Made by a program: the position numbers and the translations under genes
The notes under the pieces: model-generated
Database searches by the model: none
What the model was told of the DNA's origin: nothing
The model's input: only the letters and a program-made list of their open reading frames with translations
Shown: piece by piece, positions 19,242-24,000 of the stretch
How positions within the stretch are numbered: position 1 is the stretch's first letter
Layout of the letters: each line of letters starts with the position of its first letter
NCBI GenBank assembly: GCA_051657165.1
Contig: JBOFKD010000162.1
Coordinates: 3,870 to 27,869 of the forward strand
DNA: 24,000 bases
Direction: 5' to 3'
Origin: Bacteroidales bacterium
GTDB taxonomy: Bacteria > Bacteroidota > Bacteroidia > Bacteroidales > UBA7332

Positions 19242-20657
19242 ATGATAAACCTTGACAACCTGATTGTACATTTGAGCGAATTTTTGTGGACTTATATCCT
19301 TATAGCACTTCTTTTAGGAACAGCCCTTTACTTTAGTTTTCGTTTAAAATTCGTTCAGCTGACTCATCTGAAAGAGATGGGCAGACTATTAAGTGAGACG
19401 ACTAAAAAAGACAAAGAACATAGTGTATCTTCTTTTCAGGCATTTACAATATCACTTGCCTCGCGTGTAGGCACAGGCAATATGGCCGGTGTTGCTGCGG
19501 CAATAGCAGTTGGAGGTCCGGGAGCTATATTCTGGATGTGGGTAATATCCATTATCGGTGCAGCTTCAGGATTTGCCGAATCTACTCTTGCTCAGCTATT
19601 CAAACGTCCCGGTGAAAACTCATTTATCGGAGGTCCGGCATATTATATGCAATACGGTCTTGGTAAAAGATGGATGGGTATTATATTTTCTATCCTCATA
19701 ACCATTACGTTTGGTTTGGTCTTTAACTCCGTTCAGTCAAATACGATCTCTTTAGCATTCGAGGGTAGCTTTGGATTAAGTCCTATGATTACTGGTGGAA
19801 TATTAACGATTCTGACATTATTGGTTATTTTCGGTGGTATTCATCGTATTGCGAAAGTGTCGAGTATCATTGTGCCGGTTATGGCAATTGGTTATATTCT
19901 TCTGGCTATGGGTATTGTTTTATTCAACATAACACAGCTACCCGGAGTCATTAAATTAATAGTATCTTCTGCTTTTGGATGGGAACAAGCTGTAGGAGGT
20001 GGTGTTGGCATCGCTCTTATGCAAGGAATACGAAGAGGTCTGTTTTCGAATGAAGCCGGTATGGGATCTGCACCGAATGCGGCAGCTACAGCAGATATTT
20101 CGCATCCGGTCAAACAGGGACTTATTCAGTCATTAGGCGTTTTCACAGACACATTGATTATTTGTTCTTGTACTGCGTTTATCATCTTATTCTCAGATGC
20201 TCATGCGAATAGCGATTTAAATGGGATCGTGCTTACACAGGCAGCTCTTACGAATCAGATCGGGCCTATGGGTGGTTTGTTTATCACTATTGCTATATTC
20301 TTTTTTGCATTTAGCTCAATCATCGGAAACTACTACTATGGCGAGACTAACATTCAGTTTATATCTAAAAAACCATCCTGGTTACTTACATATCGTCTTA
20401 TTGTAGCTGCCATGGTAATGGGAGGATCTCTTTTAAGCCTTACAACTGTATGGAATCTTGCAGATCTGTCTATGGGACTTATGGCTCTGATCAATCTGAT
20501 AGCTATTCTTCTGCTTGGCAAGTATGTCTACAGAGCCTTACAGGATTATAACCAGCAGCGCAAAGCCGGTATTGACAGTCCGGTCTTCAAGGCATCATCT
20601 ATGCCTGATATAGCCGATAAGTTGCCTTGCTGGCAAGATGAAGATAACAATGACTGA
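19242..20657 (+). CDS. alanine/glycine:cation (sodium) symporter, AGCS family
   Basis: The 471-aa polytopic membrane protein has the family signature SLASRVGTGNMAGVAAAIAVGGPGAIFWMW and RGLFSNEAGMGSAPNAAA. Confidence 0.9.
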   Translation: MINLDNLIVHLSEFLWTYILIALLLGTALYFSFRLKFVQLTHLKEMGRLLSETTKKDKEHSVSSFQAFTISLASRVGTGNMAGVAAAIAVGGPGAIFWMWVISIIGAASGFAESTLAQLFKRPGENSFIGGPAYYMQYGLGKRWMGIIFSILITITFGLVFNSVQSNTISLAFEGSFGLSPMITGGILTILTLLVIFGGIHRIAKVSSIIVPVMAIGYILLAMGIVLFNITQLPGVIKLIVSSAFGWEQAVGGGVGIALMQGIRRGLFSNEAGMGSAPNAAATADISHPVKQGLIQSLGVFTDTLIICSCTAFIILFSDAHANSDLNGIVLTQAALTNQIGPMGGLFITIAIFFFAFSSIIGNYYYGETNIQFISKKPSWLLTYRLIVAAMVMGGSLLSLTTVWNLADLSMGLMALINLIAILLLGKYVYRALQDYNQQRKAGIDSPVFKASSMPDIADKLPCWQDEDNND

Positions 20658-20677
20658 TTCGGTAAGAATAAGCATAC

Positions 20678-20717
20678 AAAAAAGGGAGAAATGACTGAAG
20701 TCACTTCTCCCTTTTTT
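20678..20717. terminator. bidirectional terminator between the convergent AgcS-family and YidE-like genes
   Basis: The element is A6, then GGGAGAAATGAC (20684-20695), a TGAA loop, GTCACTTCTCCC (20700-20711), then T6. There is one mismatch in the 12-bp stem. Confidence 0.8.
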
Positions 20718-20751
20718 GTATGTATCTGAATTATTTAGTCTGTCCTGTTAT

Positions 20752-22428
20752 CTAAAGGAAAATCGTCAGCATTAATTGTGCCGTTATCACTCTTAAGAAC
20801 ATTACAATCGGATAAACGGTTGCGTATGCTACTGCAGGATAAGTTCCTCCGATATTTGAATTGGCATAGTTAAGAGCCATAGGATTAGACATACTTCCGC
20901 AAAGCATTCCGGATACTGACTGTAAATCCATCTTCATAAATTTCAATGCTATAAATCCGACAATAATAACCGGTAATACAGTCAGTAAGAATCCTGTACC
21001 TATCCATAAAGCTCCTTCAGGACGGAAAACAGTTTCCATAAATCTACCTCCGGATTCAATACCCAGTCCGGCAAGATAAAGAACAATACCCAGCTGACGC
21101 AGCATCAGGTTTGCACTCTGCGTCGTATATGTTACCATTGAGAAGCGAGGACCAAAAGCACCCATCAGAATACCGACAACAATAGGTCCGCCGGCGATAC
21201 CTAAACGTACCGGTACTACTACACCCGGTATAAATATAGGCAATGATCCCAGCATAAGGCCCAGCAATATTCCTACAAAGATTGCTATCAGATTTGGCTC
21301 CTTAAGCCTTGCCAGTGAATTTCCTAATACTTTTTCAACGTTCTCAATAGATTTGCGCTCTCCTACTACAGTGATTTTGTCTCCCATTTGAAGACGAATA
21401 TCACGACTTGGAAGAAGGTCTATTCCCGAACGGTTAATACGTGTGATATTTACACCGTACAGATTGCGCAGTCTGAGTGATCCCAGAGTTTTTCCGTTTA
21501 CCTCCTGCTGAGTTACCAGGATACGGCGAGACACCAGTTCGCTGTCAATCTCATTCCAGTCTATATTCTCTTCATTCCAGTTAAGATCTTCCTGTTTTCC
21601 GAAAAGAAGCTCCAGCCATTGTGCATCATCTTCTGTTGTCATAACAAGAGCAACTTCGTTAGGAGCAAAAACCGTGTCAGATGTAGGTATTATGACCTTA
21701 CCTTCTCTCCAGATTCTCGAGATCACAAAGACTTTATGCGAATGTTCCACCACTTCTTTGACAGTTTTACCGAATAGTTGTTTATTCGTTACCTGAAAAC
21801 TGGTTATAAACATTTTCTTTTCTTTGCGGTCACTGGTAGCGCTGCGCTCAAGACTTTTCGGAAAAACTACTTTCAGAAAAATCAAAGCCAGTATTACACC
21901 TACAACACCCATCGGATATGTCACAGCACAACCCAAAGCTATCTCAGCCGAAGGGATGGCCGGATCTACCGAGCGCATATAATCGAGCGTTTGCTGTGCC
22001 GCGCCCAGAGCAGGTGTATTTGTCACAGCTCCGGATAGTATTCCCATTAATTCGGCCATCGATATACCAAATGTAAAATGGAAAACAACCGTCATAGCAA
22101 GACCGATGATTACTACCAGCGAAGCCAGCATAGTCAGCTTCACGCCTCCTTCTTTCAGAGAAGAGAAGAATCCGGGTCCGACCTGAAGGCCTAATGCATA
22201 AACGAAAATAATTAATCCGAAACTTTGTGCAAAACTCAACATCTGGGGATTGGGCTCAAAGCCAAGATGTCCTGCAAGAATTCCGACAAAGAAAACGAAT
22301 GTAACTCCTAATGATACTCCGGCAATTTTAATCCTGCCCAGGATTAATCCAAGTGCACTTACTGCACAAAACAACAAAACAGATTGAACGACATTCTGAG
22401 TTGTAAACAGTGTTTCTAAAAAGTCCAT
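20752..22428 (-). CDS. YidE/YbjL (AspT/AAEx-type) putative transporter with two central RCK_C/TrkA_C domains (start corrected from 22506 to 22428)
   Basis: From MDFLETLFTTQNVVQSVLLF the protein has two membrane halves with repeated GLxLGxxxI/GxxL motifs. These flank two soluble repeats: FGKTVKEV ... VISRIWREGKVIIPTSDTVFAPNEVALV and NGKTLGSLRL ... ITRINRSGIDLLPSRDIRLQMGDKITVVG. A -7 box lies inside the longer track ORF, which supports the shorter start. Confidence 0.85.
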   Translation of the reverse strand: MDFLETLFTTQNVVQSVLLFCAVSALGLILGRIKIAGVSLGVTFVFFVGILAGHLGFEPNPQMLSFAQSFGLIIFVYALGLQVGPGFFSSLKEGGVKLTMLASLVVIIGLAMTVVFHFTFGISMAELMGILSGAVTNTPALGAAQQTLDYMRSVDPAIPSAEIALGCAVTYPMGVVGVILALIFLKVVFPKSLERSATSDRKEKKMFITSFQVTNKQLFGKTVKEVVEHSHKVFVISRIWREGKVIIPTSDTVFAPNEVALVMTTEDDAQWLELLFGKQEDLNWNEENIDWNEIDSELVSRRILVTQQEVNGKTLGSLRLRNLYGVNITRINRSGIDLLPSRDIRLQMGDKITVVGERKSIENVEKVLGNSLARLKEPNLIAIFVGILLGLMLGSLPIFIPGVVVPVRLGIAGGPIVVGILMGAFGPRFSMVTYTTQSANLMLRQLGIVLYLAGLGIESGGRFMETVFRPEGALWIGTGFLLTVLPVIIVGFIALKFMKMDLQSVSGMLCGSMSNPMALNYANSNIGGTYPAVAYATVYPIVMFLRVITAQLMLTIFL

Positions 22429-22445
22429 GATTTTTGAATGAGGTG

Positions 22446-22453
22446 CAAAAGTA
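22446..22453 (-). promoter_or_regulatory. candidate -7 box TACTTTTG (minus strand) for the YidE-like gene
   Basis: Plus-strand CAAAAGTA equals minus-strand TACTTTTG. It lies 18 nt upstream of the ATG at 22428, implying a very short leader. Confidence 0.45.
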
Positions 22454-22568
22454 AGAAGAAGAGTCTTTACTTCAACTTCTTTCCGATATAAAAATTCATT
22501 AATCATCAGATAAACAAAAGAGGTCGTAATAATGTTATTAAGAAAATTCTAATTAAACATTTAAAATC

Positions 22569-22757
22569 ATGGCTATAACTAAAGTTTGGATTGAAGACGG
22601 ATGTATTGCTTGTTGCAATTGCGAAGAAATTTGTCCCGAAGTATTTGAAGTTACCGATACTTGTCATGTACAGGTTGTACCGGATTTATTAAAATTCGAA
22701 GAAGGTATCAAAGATGCCGCAGAAGCTTGTCCTGTTGAGGTTATTAAATATGAATAA
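22569..22757 (+). CDS. small ferredoxin (single Fe-S cluster type)
   Basis: The 62-aa ORF has CIACCNCEEICP, which fits CxxCxxCxxxCP, plus a distal ACP. This matches monocluster 4Fe-4S/3Fe-4S ferredoxins. Confidence 0.85.
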   Translation: MAITKVWIEDGCIACCNCEEICPEVFEVTDTCHVQVVPDLLKFEEGIKDAAEACPVEVIKYE

Positions 22758-22778
22758 TCATAACCTCCTTTATGCTGA

Positions 22779-22835
22779 GAAAGGGAACCTAAAACCGGTA
22801 TTATCCGATTTATGGTTCCCTTTCTTCTTTATCTT
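22779..22835 (+). terminator. stem-loop terminator between the convergent ferredoxin and peptidase genes
   Basis: GAAAGGGAACC (22779-22789) pairs with GGTTCCCTTTC (22814-22824). The 24-nt loop has an inner AAACCGG/CCGATTT helix, and a T-rich TTCTTTATCTT follows. Confidence 0.6.
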
Positions 22836-22845
22836 ATATTACAAA

Positions 22846-23523
22846 TTAGTCTCTTCTTCCACCTAAGAAAATCATGATATAATAAATCAAAGTAGCCAAC
22901 GAGCCTAATGCTGCAATAACATAGGTATATGCAGCCCATTTCAGAGCGTCACGTGCTTTGTCATATGTATATGAGTTTGTGATGCCTGCATTTGACAACC
23001 ACGCCAGTGCTCTCTGACTTGCATTAATCTCCACAGGAAGCGTTACAAAACTAAAAATCGTAGTCAGTGCAAACAAAACTATTCCAAATAGTAATAACTG
23101 AGGGAAACTATGAAGTAATAAAATACCCCCTAACAGAATCCATTGTACCCAGGTCGATGCAAAGCTGACAACAGGTACGAGTGCTGAACGCATTTTCAAC
23201 GGTGCGTAAGACTGCGCATGCTGAACAGCATGACCACACTCGTGTGCTGCTACAGCAGCAGCTGCAATACTATTACTAAAATATACATCGTGGCTCAGAT
23301 TTACGGTTTTAGTCACAGGGTTATAGTGATCCGATAGCTGACCATCGACCGATTCAATCGTCACATCATAAATTCCATTGTCATGCAACATCTTTTCGGC
23401 CACATCGCGACCGGTCATTCCATTATTCGTAGGAATTTTTGAATATTCCGTGAATTTACTTCTTAAACGAGCCTGGATCAACCAGCTCATCAGGGCAAAG
23501 CCAATAAAAATAATCCAATACAT
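22846..23523 (-). CDS. membrane-anchored putative neutral zinc metallopeptidase (HExxH; Zn_peptidase_2-like)
   Basis: The 225-aa ORF has an N-terminal TM segment MYWIIFIGFALMSWLI, the zinc motif AAHECGHAVQH, and three further C-terminal TM segments. Confidence 0.85.
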   Translation of the reverse strand: MYWIIFIGFALMSWLIQARLRSKFTEYSKIPTNNGMTGRDVAEKMLHDNGIYDVTIESVDGQLSDHYNPVTKTVNLSHDVYFSNSIAAAAVAAHECGHAVQHAQSYAPLKMRSALVPVVSFASTWVQWILLGGILLLHSFPQLLLFGIVLFALTTIFSFVTLPVEINASQRALAWLSNAGITNSYTYDKARDALKWAAYTYVIAALGSLATLIYYIMIFLGGRRD

Positions 23524-23715
23524 AGTAGATATTTAAAAGTTTGTTTTTCTTACTTCAATACAAATTACCTGCCAAACTATTCTTTCTTTGATATTTTATG
23601 CTTTAGTCTCTTACAATAGTATCTGTTTATCAGAGAAAAAACGGCTGATATTTCTTATATCTGTGATAAAAGTAACAATTTTAGGAATTTTATTTGTGTG
23701 AAACAAATGATATTT

Positions 23716-23723
23716 TACCTTTG
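23716..23723 (+). promoter_or_regulatory. candidate promoter: TTTG (-33), N19, TACCTTTG (-7), for the ABC ATPase gene
   Basis: TACCTTTG lies 24 nt upstream of the ATG at 23747. The TTTG in TTATTTGTGTG sits 19 nt upstream of the box. Confidence 0.55.
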
Positions 23724-23746
23724 TCGTGATTAAAAAGTTCAAACAT

Positions 23747-24000
23747 ATGCTATTAGATGTTTTAAATGTAACTAAGAATTACTCAAATCACAGAGCACTG
23801 GACAATGTCAGTTTGCATGTCCCTGAAGGAGTAATCTACGGACTTCTGGGTCCGAACGGAGCAGGAAAGACCACTTTAATCAGATTAATTAACCAAATAA
23901 CAATGCCTGATTCCGGAGAGATCCTTCTCAACGGACAAAAACTTAAAAGACAGGATATTGAGCGTATTGGTTATTTACCGGAAGAACGTGGTTTGTATAA
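23747..24000 (+). CDS. ABC transporter ATP-binding protein (partial; continues past the right edge)
   Basis: Manual translation from the ATG at 23747 gives MLLDVLNVTKNYSNHRALDNVSLHVPEGVIYGLLGPNGAGKTTLIRLINQI... with Walker A GPNGAGKTT. The frame is open to the window end. Confidence 0.85.
   Translation, partial: MLLDVLNVTKNYSNHRALDNVSLHVPEGVIYGLLGPNGAGKTTLIRLINQITMPDSGEILLNGQKLKRQDIERIGYLPEERGLY

Overview
This is a low-GC chromosomal segment that looks like core genome of a Bacteroidota (Bacteroidales-like) organism. The taxon guess rests on gene content, the near absence of Shine-Dalgarno sequences, and TAnnTTTG (-7) boxes 20-70 nt upstream of at least seven start codons. Gene order, left to right: partial sensor histidine kinase and OmpR-type response regulator (-), trmN6/yfiC-like tRNA methyltransferase (-), lon (+), gyrA (+), secreted TPR protein (+), Hsp20 (-), M13 lipoprotein endopeptidase (+), pflB-pflA (+), a tryptophanase-family beta-eliminating lyase that reads as tyrosine phenol-lyase (-), an 89-aa HTH-like protein (-), AgcS-family symporter (+), YidE/YbjL-family transporter (-), small ferredoxin (+), membrane HExxH peptidase (-), and a partial ABC ATPase (+). 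I found no tRNA or rRNA genes, CRISPR array, transposase, integrase or recognisable defence genes. I cannot defend any novel multi-gene system here; the window is mostly housekeeping. Worth a second look: (1) the tyrosine phenol-lyase call and its neighbourhood; (2) a roughly 430-bp orphan non-coding stretch between the pflA and lyase terminators, packed with AAGGAG/CTCCTT palindromes and a 3 x 22-bp periodic repeat; (3) an acidic insertion and acidic tail in GyrA; (4) a 12-N9-12 inverted repeat and an atypical strong SD at hsp20. Three ORF-track starts (trmN6, M13 peptidase, YidE-like) look over-extended and are corrected below. All homology statements come from remembered family motifs and sequences, not from searches.
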